From positions 248,001-312,000 of the IMG/VR virus record IMGVR_UViG_3300042391_000634: DNA of 64,000 bases, one strand, 5' to 3'. Both the position numbers and the translations under genes were made by a program. This document shows positions 20,478 to 31,214 of this stretch, piece after piece. The notes beneath the pieces are model-generated. The model searched no databases. It had not been told where the DNA came from and saw nothing but the letters and a program-made list of their open reading frames with translations. The first letter of the stretch is position 1. Each line of letters opens with the position of its first letter.

Positions 20478-21019
20478 CTGTCTCTTTTTTGTAATATTGG
20501 ATTATTTGTTGGCCATTCCATTTGATATTCGGGATCATTCCATTTAACAACTCCTTGTTCGTCAGCATCAACATAACCATCTTTGTAAAATAAGTTATAA
20601 TGAAACATACAATCGGTTAGTGCGTAATGTCCATTCGCAAAACCTGGTGGAACTAGTACTTGATTTCTATCTTTTTCAGTTATCATAAAAGATTCCCACT
20701 CACCGAAGGTGTCTGATTTTGGTCTCATATCTAATACTATTAAATATATATCACCAACCGCAGCTTGAACTAATTTCCAAGTCTTATTATCATAATGTAA
20801 TCCTCTCAACACACCTTTGTATGATTTTGAAAATCTACCGTGGATACTAATTTCAGATTTCTCATAATGAATGTGTCTCATTACAGGATGTTCTTCACTA
20901 TGAAATGTTGTAAATATTTCACCCCTATACTCTCTATAAATTGAAGGTGTGAACGTAGGTACTTGGTGACCAAATTTTTTTGATGGAGTCTCTATAAACT
21001 CATCCCATTTGTTACTCAT
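20474..21019 (-). CDS. rmlC: RmlC-like NDP-4-keto-sugar 3,5-epimerase
   Basis: 'GVLRGLHY','KLV','D.R..S.TFG.W','VPPGFANGH','WNDP..WP'. Confidence 0.85.
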   Translation of the reverse strand: MSNKWDEFIETPSKKFGHQVPTFTPSIYREYRGEIFTTFHSEEHPVMRHIHYEKSEISIHGRFSKSYKGVLRGLHYDNKTWKLVQAAVGDIYLIVLDMRPKSDTFGEWESFMITEKDRNQVLVPPGFANGHYALTDCMFHYNLFYKDGYVDADEQGVVKWNDPEYQMEWPTNNPILQKRDR

Positions 21020-21831
21020 ATTATTTTTTTATTTTGTTTTTTTTGTAAAAATTTAGCAAGTTCTTTTGCATATTCTAAATGGCCAAAATAACCTGGATGA
21101 AAATCTTTATAGTTTTCACCAACTTCATCTTTAATTAATAAGTTATTATTTTTACACCAACCAGCAATATCATCACCTTTATTATGTTTTGTAAATGAAA
21201 TAATGTCATTATCATCAAAACAATCTTTAAAATAAAAATCATTTGAAGACATGACAAATACTTTAATATTATTCATTTTACAAAAAGAATAAAGACCAAT
21301 AAATTGTTGTTCATTTTTTTTAATATTCTCTTCTAAATTAAAAAAATCAAAAAACAATTGTTTAAATTTATCTTGATATTTTTTATCTATTTCATATACT
21401 CCACTATCAAAATACGATCTGGTCGCATATCCAAATTCAAGTTTACGTTCCTCACCAATAAAATTAGAATTTGAAATGAAATAATCACCAATTTCGTTAA
21501 AATAAAATTCAGATCTTGTAGAATCTGGTTTTTCCAAAATTAAAAAAAATTCATCTCTTTCAAGCCAATGACTATCGATAAAATCATATGTCTTTCTTAC
21601 CAATCTTTCCATTCCACCACCACACTTAGCTTCATTAATACAAGGAATATTGATTATATCCGATAATCGTTTACCAAAATTAACCTCAGATCTATTTAAC
21701 CAACTAACACCAAATTGTTTTTGATATTCAGGAATAACACTATCACTCCTAATATCTGGTTCTTCTAAACCACCACCCTCACAATATGAGGACCCATTAA
21801 CGTAAAAATATTTATATTTTGATAAGTCCAT
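21016..21831 (-). CDS. SGNH-like protein
   Basis: 'NGSSYCEGGG','DFHPGYFGH'. Confidence 0.6.
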   Translation of the reverse strand: MDLSKYKYFYVNGSSYCEGGGLEEPDIRSDSVIPEYQKQFGVSWLNRSEVNFGKRLSDIINIPCINEAKCGGGMERLVRKTYDFIDSHWLERDEFFLILEKPDSTRSEFYFNEIGDYFISNSNFIGEERKLEFGYATRSYFDSGVYEIDKKYQDKFKQLFFDFFNLEENIKKNEQQFIGLYSFCKMNNIKVFVMSSNDFYFKDCFDDNDIISFTKHNKGDDIAGWCKNNNLLIKDEVGENYKDFHPGYFGHLEYAKELAKFLQKKQNKKII

Positions 21832-21832
21832 A

Positions 21833-22804
21833 TTATGTTTGATTTGCATATCCTAAAGGAAAACCGTTTCTAAATTCTGCACCCATTTTAGGAACAACCA
21901 TTTGATAAGCCATTATTAATTCTTCAATACCACGATCTAAATCCCATTCTGGTTTCCATCCAGTTGATTCAACTTTAGAATTTGATACGATATAATTTCT
22001 CTTATCGGGGTCCTCGTAAAAATCGTTATACGATACTGCAAAGTTTTTAACGTGAGATTGAATTTTTTCTAATAATTCTTGTTTACTTAAATTAGCGTCA
22101 CTTAAACCAACATTAAAAACATCACCCTTGTATTTGTCGTAGTTATTTAACATAAATAAGAATACGTTAGCCACATCTTGAATATGTATAAAATTACGTT
22201 TAAATGATTTCTCAAATACTACAATATATTTGTCAGTAATTGCTTTATATGTAAAATCATTAACTAATAAATCGGTTCTCATACGAGGGGATACACCGAA
22301 TACTGTTGCCAATCTAAAAATAATGGCATCGGTTGAAGTCCTTAAAAAATTCTCAGCCTCACATTTTGTTTGACCATAAACTGAAATTGGTGTAAGTGGA
22401 GATTCTTCGGTACATTCTAATTGACCAGTACTTAAACCGTAACCACTATTAGTATTTGGATATAATATTTTCTTACCTTTACCATTACAATATTTTACAA
22501 TATTAACGATTTGTTTAAAATTAATTTCTTTAGCTAATTCGGGTTCCGATGCACATGCTGGAAACCCCACTATTGCCGCCAATGGAATTATAACATCACA
22601 CTCATTACAAAGTCTTTCCAATAAAATTTCGTTACGAACATCACCATGTATAAATTTAAATTTAGGATTTGAGGTGTATGATAGAAGAGAAACCTGATTA
22701 AAGATTAACTTGTCAAGAACAACAACTTCGTGTCCTTCAGACAACATTTTTCCCGTAATTACTGATCCAAGGTATCCGGCCCCTCCGGTTATTAATATTT
22801 TCAT
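21833..22804 (-). CDS. NAD-dependent sugar epimerase/dehydratase (extended SDR)
   Basis: 'ILITGGAGYLGS','LAAIVG.PAC','YGQTK','RLATVFGVSPRMR.DL'. Confidence 0.9.
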   Translation of the reverse strand: MKILITGGAGYLGSVITGKMLSEGHEVVVLDKLIFNQVSLLSYTSNPKFKFIHGDVRNEILLERLCNECDVIIPLAAIVGFPACASEPELAKEINFKQIVNIVKYCNGKGKKILYPNTNSGYGLSTGQLECTEESPLTPISVYGQTKCEAENFLRTSTDAIIFRLATVFGVSPRMRTDLLVNDFTYKAITDKYIVVFEKSFKRNFIHIQDVANVFLFMLNNYDKYKGDVFNVGLSDANLSKQELLEKIQSHVKNFAVSYNDFYEDPDKRNYIVSNSKVESTGWKPEWDLDRGIEELIMAYQMVVPKMGAEFRNGFPLGYANQT

Positions 22805-22808
22805 ATAT

Positions 22809-22839
22809 AAAATATACAAAAAAAATAATGAATTACAAA
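22809..22839 (-). promoter_or_regulatory. Putative promoter TTTG-N19-TATATTTT in divergent intergenic region
   Basis: Reverse complement of CAAA (22836-39) and AAAATATA (22809-16); a TATATTTC at 22863 faces the + operon. Confidence 0.5.
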
Positions 22840-22880
22840 TTGTTATTATGGTTTTTTTTATTTATATTTCATAATAATTT

Positions 22881-24155
22881 ATGAGTAAAATCATTTGCAG
22901 TTTAGAAGAGTGGGATAGTATAATCAATTACTATAGACCTAACGGTTCATCAAAGACGTGGTATCTTAATGAATTAAAGGAATTGCACAGACCTTTAATG
23001 TGGGGTATGTGGAACATATTCAGTGAAGATGGTGATCTTTTTGATAACGGAAGATTCAAGGGAATCATAACCCCTAATTACTCTAAAGATATTGAATACA
23101 CACCAATAGAAAACATTGATAATCAACCACATATATACATTATTAACGTTTGGAACCTACATTTTTTTGTGGAAAACTTTGACATAGGATTTAAGTGTAT
23201 GTCAAAACAATACATTGATGATGTAAGAAATGGAAAATCTAAAATAGTATTGGTTTATTTATTTGAAGGGTATTCAGGGTCATATGGTAATCATGATTTA
23301 GAAATATTAGAAAAGTGGAGAAAAGATATGGATTTTCCTGTTAATTCAGTTTATTTAATCTGTGGTAATCTTATATCTAATCAACTTGTTAAAGAAAGAG
23401 GGTTAGGTTTTCAAGCAAGACCAACACATTCATTTGAGCCGTGGAATAGATATGATGAAATGACACCAATTGATTTTAAACCAATTGATAATAGATATTT
23501 ATTTTTATCATATAATAGAAACCCAAGACCACAGAGGTTAGTGTTCTTAACACATTTATTAGAATACGGTGTTTTTGATAAGGGGTTGGTGAGTTTAAAT
23601 AAATTAAGAGAACCCATACCTGATTATTTAAATCAAGAACATTTAAGTTATCTAAAAGATAATGCACCATTTATTATTGACCATAGATATGATTTGAATT
23701 ATAATTTGGCAGTTAATATAACTAAAGAGGATTATGAGAGAACATTCCTTTCAATGGTTACAGAATCTTTGGTTGATGACGGAACATTATTCTTCTCGGA
23801 GAAAATTTGGAAACCATTAATGGTCGGACATCCATTCTTGTTATATGGTAATCAATACTCATTGAAATATCTTAAAGAAAAAGGATATAGAACATTTGAT
23901 AAATGGTTTGATGAGGGTTACGATAATGAACCAAATAGAGACCAACGATCTATAATGATATCAAAAGAATTAAAAAGATTGAGTGAATTATCAATGGAAC
24001 AACTTCATCAGATGAGAAATGAAATGAAAGATGTGTGTCAACATAATCAATTAAAATACAGAGAACTATACGATTTAAAATATAGTGAAATGGAAATAAA
24101 CAAAGACATATCTGATGTATTAGATGAGATATGGTCTGACTTAAATAAAATATAA
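22881..24155 (+). CDS. Putative GT-B glycosyltransferase, GT10-like paralog 4
   Basis: 'LSYNRNPRPQR','MVTES..FFSEKIWKPL..HPFLLYG','FDEGYD'. Confidence 0.5.
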   Translation: MSKIICSLEEWDSIINYYRPNGSSKTWYLNELKELHRPLMWGMWNIFSEDGDLFDNGRFKGIITPNYSKDIEYTPIENIDNQPHIYIINVWNLHFFVENFDIGFKCMSKQYIDDVRNGKSKIVLVYLFEGYSGSYGNHDLEILEKWRKDMDFPVNSVYLICGNLISNQLVKERGLGFQARPTHSFEPWNRYDEMTPIDFKPIDNRYLFLSYNRNPRPQRLVFLTHLLEYGVFDKGLVSLNKLREPIPDYLNQEHLSYLKDNAPFIIDHRYDLNYNLAVNITKEDYERTFLSMVTESLVDDGTLFFSEKIWKPLMVGHPFLLYGNQYSLKYLKEKGYRTFDKWFDEGYDNEPNRDQRSIMISKELKRLSELSMEQLHQMRNEMKDVCQHNQLKYRELYDLKYSEMEINKDISDVLDEIWSDLNKI

Positions 24156-24156
24156 T

Positions 24157-25332
24157 ATGAAAGTAGGATTTATTGGAATTGGTAAATTAGGTAAAGAGGC
24201 CGCAGAGGTAATGCACGATGCGGGACATGATGTAACGGGTTATGATATTCAATCAGTAACCGATACTAAATTTAAAATGGTGACATCATTAAAAGATGTT
24301 TGTCAAGATAAAGAATTAATTTTTATAGCGGTGCCAACACCACACGACCCCGCGTATGATGGTAGTCAACCAATGGCTCAATTACCACCAAAAGATTTTG
24401 ACTATACAATTGTACAGGGAATTTTAAATGAACTAAATGATTATACAAATAAATCACAATTAGTTGTATTAATATCGACTGTTTTACCTGGCACAACAAG
24501 AAGAGAGTTTTATCCGTTGGTTAGAAATTATCGATTTATTTATAACCCATATCTTATAGCAATGGGAACAGTTAAAGAAGATATGATAAAACCTGAAATG
24601 ATTATAATTGGTACTGAAGATGGAACAACTACGGGAGACGCAAACAAACTAACTGAGTTTTACGAAACCTTTGTGTATCCAAAAACAAGATGTGAAATTG
24701 GAACTTGGGATGACGCCGAAGGAATTAAAATATTTTATAATACATTTATTTCTGCAAAATTAACATTGGTTAATATGATACAGGATATTGCAGAGAAAAA
24801 TGGAAATATGAATACAGATATTGTTACCGGTGCATTAGAAAGAAGTACACAAAGAATCACAGGACCGGCATATATGAAAGCGGGAATGGGTGACGGAGGT
24901 TCATGTCACCCAAGAGATAATATTGCATTAAGATATCTTTCAGAAAGATTTGGTTTAGGTTATGATTTATTTGACTCAATTATGAAAACAAGAGAGGTTC
25001 AAGCAAAGAATTTAGCCGATAAATTAGTTAGACAAGCAAGACAACATAATTTACCAATTATTATTATGGGTAAAAGTTATAAACCGGGTGTTGAATTTAC
25101 AGAAGGTTCATATTCAGTATTAGTTGGTTATTACGTTAATTTTACATATAAAGAAAATGTTGATTTTGATAAAATAGAAACACCAGCAGTTTATTTATTA
25201 GGACATAGAGGAATTTTTAACGAGACAATATTCCCTGAAGGTAGTATTGTTGTGGATCCATGGAGAGAAAGAAAATTAAACGACACAATTTATTATGGAG
25301 GAAAAAAACAAGATACTAAATCTTTGTTATGA
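24157..25332 (+). CDS. UDP-glucose/GDP-mannose dehydrogenase family
   Basis: 'GFIGIGKLG','AVPTP','STVLPGT','YNP','K..YNTF','GGSCHPRD'. Confidence 0.9.
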   Translation: MKVGFIGIGKLGKEAAEVMHDAGHDVTGYDIQSVTDTKFKMVTSLKDVCQDKELIFIAVPTPHDPAYDGSQPMAQLPPKDFDYTIVQGILNELNDYTNKSQLVVLISTVLPGTTRREFYPLVRNYRFIYNPYLIAMGTVKEDMIKPEMIIIGTEDGTTTGDANKLTEFYETFVYPKTRCEIGTWDDAEGIKIFYNTFISAKLTLVNMIQDIAEKNGNMNTDIVTGALERSTQRITGPAYMKAGMGDGGSCHPRDNIALRYLSERFGLGYDLFDSIMKTREVQAKNLADKLVRQARQHNLPIIIMGKSYKPGVEFTEGSYSVLVGYYVNFTYKENVDFDKIETPAVYLLGHRGIFNETIFPEGSIVVDPWRERKLNDTIYYGGKKQDTKSLL

Positions 25333-26593
25333 TAGATGGGATAGTGAAACCAATACCTTCAAATATAATGGAGGAGACAAATTCACATTTAATTTCCAAC
25401 ATCTATTATTACATTTTCAAATAGAAACAAAGGAACAAAATAAATTTGAAATTAAATCACACAATTTAAGTGAAGTTTATTTTAGGCCCGATTTAAATTT
25501 TTATTACCCAATCGCACACGGTAATATTGATATAATAAATTTATTTGTTGAAAATGAAGAAAAGGAAACAGAAAAATTTGAAAAGTCACCTTTAAGTGAT
25601 GAAGTTATTGAATGTTTAAAAAAATGTAAAAATCTTAAAGTGATTATAGTGACTGAACATGAACCAGATTATGAAACTGGATTTGTTAGGTTATTAGAAT
25701 ATCTCGAATTAAAAAAATTAGACCCAAAACAATTTTATGTTATTAATAATAATGAAAGATTAAATGATTTAAAGAAAAAATATAACAGTGAAATAAATGT
25801 ACATACGTTACATTTTATTGCACATTCATCTAATTTTTCATTAACAAATGCTGGAGGATGTAATTGGATTGATGATAAGGAAGGTAAAATGTTTATGTGT
25901 TTTAATAAAACACCAAAACATCATAGATATGCTTTATTGTGTTTTTTAAAAAAACAAGGATTATTAGAAAAAATTAATTGGTCGTTGGTACCACCATACG
26001 ATTGTTTTCCGATTGGACATTACTATGATAAAATCTTTACTAAAGAACAAAAGGAATATTTTAAGGATGAAATAATTTATTTTAATGAACTTAAGTTCAA
26101 AAGAAGTGACATGGAAGAAGATAAAAATTGGTTTAATTTATTTAATGAACCTAATACCGAAGGTTTCCCGTCGTGGATGAGAATACCTGAGTTCGGTATG
26201 AATTATGAAAATTCATATATTAATATTGTTACTGAATCTAAATTTTTTGATGATTTATTTGTTACCCATATTAGTGAGAAATCATATAGACCATTTTTCT
26301 ATTATCAATTACCAATGATATTGGCAACTCAATATCATATTAAAACAATGAAAGAGAAATATAATTTTGATTTCTTTGATGACATCATAAATCACTCTTA
26401 TGATAATGAACCAAATCAAATGAGAAGATTAGAGATGTTTGTTGAAGAAATTAAAAGATTAGATGGAATACAAGACCAAGTTAAAGAGTTCTATAAGAAC
26501 AATAAACAAAGATTTGAAGACAATAAACAAAAGGTATGGAACATGTTGAATATTGTTGAAAAAGATTATCAATTTTTTGAAAGTTTAATATAA
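25295..26593 (+). CDS. Putative GT-B glycosyltransferase, GT10-like paralog 5
   Basis: 'MCFNKTPKHHR','NIVTES..HISEKSYRPF','NHSYD'. Confidence 0.5.
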   Translation: MEEKNKILNLCYDRWDSETNTFKYNGGDKFTFNFQHLLLHFQIETKEQNKFEIKSHNLSEVYFRPDLNFYYPIAHGNIDIINLFVENEEKETEKFEKSPLSDEVIECLKKCKNLKVIIVTEHEPDYETGFVRLLEYLELKKLDPKQFYVINNNERLNDLKKKYNSEINVHTLHFIAHSSNFSLTNAGGCNWIDDKEGKMFMCFNKTPKHHRYALLCFLKKQGLLEKINWSLVPPYDCFPIGHYYDKIFTKEQKEYFKDEIIYFNELKFKRSDMEEDKNWFNLFNEPNTEGFPSWMRIPEFGMNYENSYINIVTESKFFDDLFVTHISEKSYRPFFYYQLPMILATQYHIKTMKEKYNFDFFDDIINHSYDNEPNQMRRLEMFVEEIKRLDGIQDQVKEFYKNNKQRFEDNKQKVWNMLNIVEKDYQFFESLI

Positions 26594-27333
26594 TGAGAAC
26601 ACTTTGGACGTTTGGATGTAGTTTTACTGCGGAGTATGACCCAATCGATGGAATATTTTTTCCATTTGAAAATGATTTTGATAAATATAAAAAATGGAGA
26701 GGAGGTAACTTACCACCAGTTTGGCCGACCATACTCGGAGAAAGATTAAACTGTAAGGTAATGAATTGTGCCGTTGGGGGTTCATCTAATTACAACATTT
26801 TCAATCAGTTCATTAATGTATGTGAGTTAATAAAACAAGATGATATTGTGGTGTTTGGATGGACAAACCTTACAAGATTTATATCTGTAAATTTAGATGA
26901 AAATATCTTTACACAAATATTAGTTTCAGAAAATAACTTCGGAGGAACTGGTTTTTCAAAAAGAACAATAGAAGAAATAATGTATAATAGATCTCATCCT
27001 TTATGGGCATTAGAAGTAAACCAATGGATGAGATTTATAAATGTATATTTAAATAACGTTGGTGCTCATAATTTTTATTGGACGGCTGACGAGACAATAT
27101 TCAATCAACATAATATTCAAGAAGATGATACAAAGTGTATCGTTGTAAGAGATGGGGAAAGTAATAAAACAAACTTGTTGGGTTATTTGAACTTACCAAT
27201 GTTCTTTGATGGAGTTCTTAAAGCAAGAATTGTTGAAGAAACTAATGGTATTGTAATTGATGACCATATGGGAGAATTTGGGCACAAAAATCAAGCGGAC
27301 TATTTCTATAACCATATCATAAAAAATATATAA
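26593..27333 (+). CDS. SGNH-like protein
   Basis: 'WTFGCSFT','GGSSN','GWT...R','DDHMGEFGH'. Confidence 0.6.
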   Translation: MRTLWTFGCSFTAEYDPIDGIFFPFENDFDKYKKWRGGNLPPVWPTILGERLNCKVMNCAVGGSSNYNIFNQFINVCELIKQDDIVVFGWTNLTRFISVNLDENIFTQILVSENNFGGTGFSKRTIEEIMYNRSHPLWALEVNQWMRFINVYLNNVGAHNFYWTADETIFNQHNIQEDDTKCIVVRDGESNKTNLLGYLNLPMFFDGVLKARIVEETNGIVIDDHMGEFGHKNQADYFYNHIIKNI

Positions 27334-27956
27334 TGAGATTAATTACGTTTGGTGATAGTTGGACGGCAGGACATGGAATTGAGACAGATGTAAAATACAA
27401 AGAGGAACCGTTCCCTCACATGTTCATCCAAAAATTAAGAGACATGAACTCATGGCCAAGATGGGTCTCAGATAAATTAAAATGTGAATATATTAATTTA
27501 GGTGTTTGTGGTTATGGTAATGAATATATTTTAAAAGATATTAAAGAAACAGTTGAAAACGGGTTCATTAATAAAGATGATATTGTTATAGTAATGTTAT
27601 CATATCCTTACCGTTATAAATCAAAAGACATTCACAATGTGGTTGAAATATATCTATTAATGGAAGAATTATTGGGGGGATATAAACATTTTTATTTTAA
27701 TTCTTTCTATCCGTCATTTAGAGAAGAGGATGTGGACACAAAAAAATTACCTGAATATTTTATAAATCCAGATGGGTGCGTATCTGATGTATTAAGAAAG
27801 TATGAAATAAAAAACGATATAGGTGTTTGGGAGTATGAGAGTAGGTCAGTTTGGAATGATGAGAAAAATTTCTACGAAGGAGATTACCACCCAAATTTAA
27901 AGGGGTATAAAATAATTGCAAAACACATATATGACGAAATCAAACGAAGAATCTAA
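27333..27956 (+). CDS. SGNH-like protein
   Basis: 'TFGDSWTAG','NLGVCGYGN','DYHPNLKGY'. Confidence 0.7.
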   Translation: MRLITFGDSWTAGHGIETDVKYKEEPFPHMFIQKLRDMNSWPRWVSDKLKCEYINLGVCGYGNEYILKDIKETVENGFINKDDIVIVMLSYPYRYKSKDIHNVVEIYLLMEELLGGYKHFYFNSFYPSFREEDVDTKKLPEYFINPDGCVSDVLRKYEIKNDIGVWEYESRSVWNDEKNFYEGDYHPNLKGYKIIAKHIYDEIKRRI

Positions 27957-28665
27957 AAAAATATGGGAACAATACCTAACTGAAGAATATGTTAAACATG
28001 TTGGATATACCCCATATATTCCGAAAGAAACTGATTATTACGCGGTTATAATTGAACCAAGGGTTCATCCTGATTTGTTAACGGTAATAAAATCTACAAT
28101 GTTTCATTTAAATGAAACAAATTCATCTATCAAATGGGGGTTACAAATATTTCACGGTAATCAAAATAAAGAATTGGTTGAAAACATTAAGTTAAGTTTA
28201 GGTAATGTGACTTTAACAAATATTGGAATTGATAACTTTACTCATACTGAACATAGTAGATATATGGAAAGTGTTGAGTTTTGGAGACAAGTAAAAGGAA
28301 CTAAGGCTTTAATCTTCCAAACGGATTCCTTATTATTAAGGAGCGGAATAGATGATTTTTTAGAATATGATTATGTGGGTGCACCGTGGAGAAAACCCAA
28401 AGAAAATCAATGGGTCGGAAACGGAGGATTATCATTAAGAACAGTTAGTAAAATGATTGAGATTTGTGAAAATAATCCAGTTACTGAAGATATTTTAGAG
28501 GATATTTATTTTATGAAGTATATGGAGGGAAACGGAGTTGCAGATATCGAAACCGCAATGAAGTTTAGTATGGAGGATGTATTTTCACCAAACCCCTTAG
28601 GAGTTCATAACCCAATAAGGCACATAGGACCTGAACAATTAAAAAAGGTTTTATATAAAAAGTAA
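27931..28665 (+). CDS. DUF5672-like putative glycosyltransferase
   Basis: 'LIFQTDS','FLEYDYVGAPW','VGNGGLSLR','EDIYF','A.KFS.E'. Confidence 0.75.
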   Translation: MTKSNEESKKIWEQYLTEEYVKHVGYTPYIPKETDYYAVIIEPRVHPDLLTVIKSTMFHLNETNSSIKWGLQIFHGNQNKELVENIKLSLGNVTLTNIGIDNFTHTEHSRYMESVEFWRQVKGTKALIFQTDSLLLRSGIDDFLEYDYVGAPWRKPKENQWVGNGGLSLRTVSKMIEICENNPVTEDILEDIYFMKYMEGNGVADIETAMKFSMEDVFSPNPLGVHNPIRHIGPEQLKKVLYKK

Positions 28666-28668
28666 GTA

Positions 28669-30336
28669 ATGTATATAATAGGAATTTCAGCATTTTATCA
28701 CGATTCATCTGTTTGTTTATTCAGAGATAACCAATTAATATTTGCATGTGAAGAAGAGAAGTTCACAGGTATTAAACATGATGATTCGTTTCCAAAAAAA
28801 GCGTTGGAATATATCTACAAACAATATAAGATAACACCAAAGAATTTACAGGCGGTTTGTTATTATGAAGACCCACAATTGAAATATCAAAGAGTAATGG
28901 AAAACATTAAACCTCAATGGTTTAAGAATCCATTATATTCATTAAAATCTTATTTGAAAATACGTAATAATGTAAAAGAGATTGATAAGAAATTAAAGGA
29001 GATTTGTTCCACCGTATTTTATTCAACACATCACGAGGCTCATCAATATTATGCACATTATACATCACATTTTGAGGAGTCAACTTGTTTATCGGTTGAT
29101 GGTGTAGGTGAGATTGATACCGTATCATTAGGTGTTGCCGATTATAATGGAATCAAATACAGTTCACTTGCAAAGTATCCACATTCAATGGGTCTTTATT
29201 ACTCCGCATTAACCTCATATTTAGGGTTCAGACCAAACGAAGGAGAGTATAAGGTAATGGGATTAGCGTCCTATGGTGACCCCCAAAAGTATATTAAAGA
29301 GGTAAGAAACCTTATATCATTTAAATCAGGTAAGTTAGTATGTAATATGGATGTATTTTGTTGGAATAAGACAGATAAATCCATGTTCAATGAAAAACTT
29401 GCGGAACTATTAAGTGTTCCACAAAGATTACCCGAAGAAACTTTAGAACAAACACACAAAGATTTAGCGGCCGCTGTTCAATTAAGATATGAGGAAGTAT
29501 TGTTTGAAATTATTAAATCAATTAGACATGTAAGTAAAAGTCTAAACTTAACGTTGAGTGGTGGTTGTGCTTATAACGGAACCGCAAATGGTAAGATTAT
29601 TGATAAGACACACTTTACACATCTTTGGATACCACCCGCACCATCAGATGCAGGATCAGCAATCGGTGCTGTTGTTCATTATTTAGTTAAAGAACGTAAA
29701 GTAAGGAGTAAAATTACAAGAAGTCCATTTTTGGGTCCTGAATATTATTACGATTATATTAGACGTGCAATTGGTATGAACAACTTTAAAAAATATGAAT
29801 CTGAAAATAAATTAAGAACCCATATTGCTCAAAAAATATTTGAAGGTAAAGTAGTTGGGTGGTTTCAAGGACACATTGAATTTGGATCTCGAGCGTTAGG
29901 TAATAGATCTATTTTAGCTAATCCAACGTTTCCCGATATGAAAGATAGAATCAATAAGGTAATTAAAAAGAGAGAAGGTTTTAGACCATTCGCACCAATG
30001 GTTACTCAAGATAAACAACATCAATTCTTTGAAATGACGGATGATGTTCCATATATGAATCAAGTTGTTAAAGTTAAGGATGAATATAGAGACAAATTAC
30101 CGGCGGTAACACATGTAGACGGTAGTGCTAGAGTTCAAACAGTTTATAAACACACAATGATACATGATTTATTAATCGAATTTGAAAAATTAAGTGGTTA
30201 TCCAATTTTATTGAATACCTCATTCAATGTTAAAGATAAAACAATGGTATTAACACCAAAAGATGCCGTTGATACTTTCTTTGATACTGATATGGATATA
30301 TTAGTAATGGGTAATTATGTTATGTATAAAAATTAA
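28669..30336 (+). CDS. O-carbamoyltransferase (NodU/CmcH family)
   Basis: 'GISAFYHDS','EEE.F..IKH','HH.AH','DGVGE','EYKVMGLA.YG','EFGSRALGNRSILA','FRPFAP','HVDGSARVQTV','LNTSFN'. Confidence 0.95.
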   Translation: MYIIGISAFYHDSSVCLFRDNQLIFACEEEKFTGIKHDDSFPKKALEYIYKQYKITPKNLQAVCYYEDPQLKYQRVMENIKPQWFKNPLYSLKSYLKIRNNVKEIDKKLKEICSTVFYSTHHEAHQYYAHYTSHFEESTCLSVDGVGEIDTVSLGVADYNGIKYSSLAKYPHSMGLYYSALTSYLGFRPNEGEYKVMGLASYGDPQKYIKEVRNLISFKSGKLVCNMDVFCWNKTDKSMFNEKLAELLSVPQRLPEETLEQTHKDLAAAVQLRYEEVLFEIIKSIRHVSKSLNLTLSGGCAYNGTANGKIIDKTHFTHLWIPPAPSDAGSAIGAVVHYLVKERKVRSKITRSPFLGPEYYYDYIRRAIGMNNFKKYESENKLRTHIAQKIFEGKVVGWFQGHIEFGSRALGNRSILANPTFPDMKDRINKVIKKREGFRPFAPMVTQDKQHQFFEMTDDVPYMNQVVKVKDEYRDKLPAVTHVDGSARVQTVYKHTMIHDLLIEFEKLSGYPILLNTSFNVKDKTMVLTPKDAVDTFFDTDMDILVMGNYVMYKN

Positions 30337-30339
30337 AAT

Positions 30340-30456
30340 ATGAAAAAACTAATCAATTGGGTGAAGAAATACTTTGCCGACAAGAAAAGAAAGAAAGAAT
30401 TTAAAAAGAAATTAGAAGAATTACGTAAAAGAGATCCATTTATCTATAACCACTAA
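30340..30456 (+). CDS. Small basic protein (38 aa) ending DPFIYNH; not in ORF track
   Basis: MKKLINWVKKYFADKKRKKEFKKKLEELRKRDPFIYNH; fills the gap between neighbours exactly. Confidence 0.7.
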   Translation: MKKLINWVKKYFADKKRKKEFKKKLEELRKRDPFIYNH

Positions 30457-30459
30457 TCT

Positions 30460-31194
30460 ATGTTAATATATACAAATGGTTGTTCACATAGTGACGATCA
30501 CCCAACACTCAAAGAGAGTTATGTTTGGCCTAATCAACTTATGAGTGGATTTACCAAATCATTTAACTATTATCATAATCAATCTATTTTACCTTTGACT
30601 TTAAGTGAAATAAAGGCATTAGATAATGACTTTTTAGTTAATGATGCGAGATCTGGTGTTGGTAATGATAAGATATTTCATCAATCAATGGAATCCATAT
30701 GTAAATTAATGAGTACAGGTAAAAAACCTGATTTTGTTATAATACAATGGTCGGGACCAAATAGACGAGAACATTGTTTAATGGATGAAAAACCAGTATA
30801 TGTAACTTTATATGATAACACAGAATACCATTTAAAGTATGAACCGATGGGTAGTATGCATACAATTCATTATGTATATTGTTTACAACAATTTTTAATG
30901 AATCACGATATTCCTTATTATTTTTTCAATTATATGCAATTTGACTATAGTATTACGGAATTAGAAATATATAAAAAAATCGATATAGGTAGATTCGTTG
31001 ATTTTGGGTTACATAGTAGAACATTATTTACGGGTTTAATCGACCTCTTTAAAGAAAAAAGGTTCAATAGAGATGAACAGGGTCATGCAAATGAGGAAGG
31101 AAATAAATTTATTGCGGATAAAATAATGGGGACAATAAAAAATGACCCATTAAATGAAAAATTTATTGAGAATTATTTCTCAAAATCAACTTAA
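30460..31194 (+). CDS. SGNH-like protein
   Basis: 'YTNGCSHS','SGVGN..I','IQWSGPNR','GHANEEGN'. Confidence 0.6.
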   Translation: MLIYTNGCSHSDDHPTLKESYVWPNQLMSGFTKSFNYYHNQSILPLTLSEIKALDNDFLVNDARSGVGNDKIFHQSMESICKLMSTGKKPDFVIIQWSGPNRREHCLMDEKPVYVTLYDNTEYHLKYEPMGSMHTIHYVYCLQQFLMNHDIPYYFFNYMQFDYSITELEIYKKIDIGRFVDFGLHSRTLFTGLIDLFKEKRFNRDEQGHANEEGNKFIADKIMGTIKNDPLNEKFIENYFSKST

Positions 31195-31214
31195 TTGATT
31201 ATATTAATAATATT

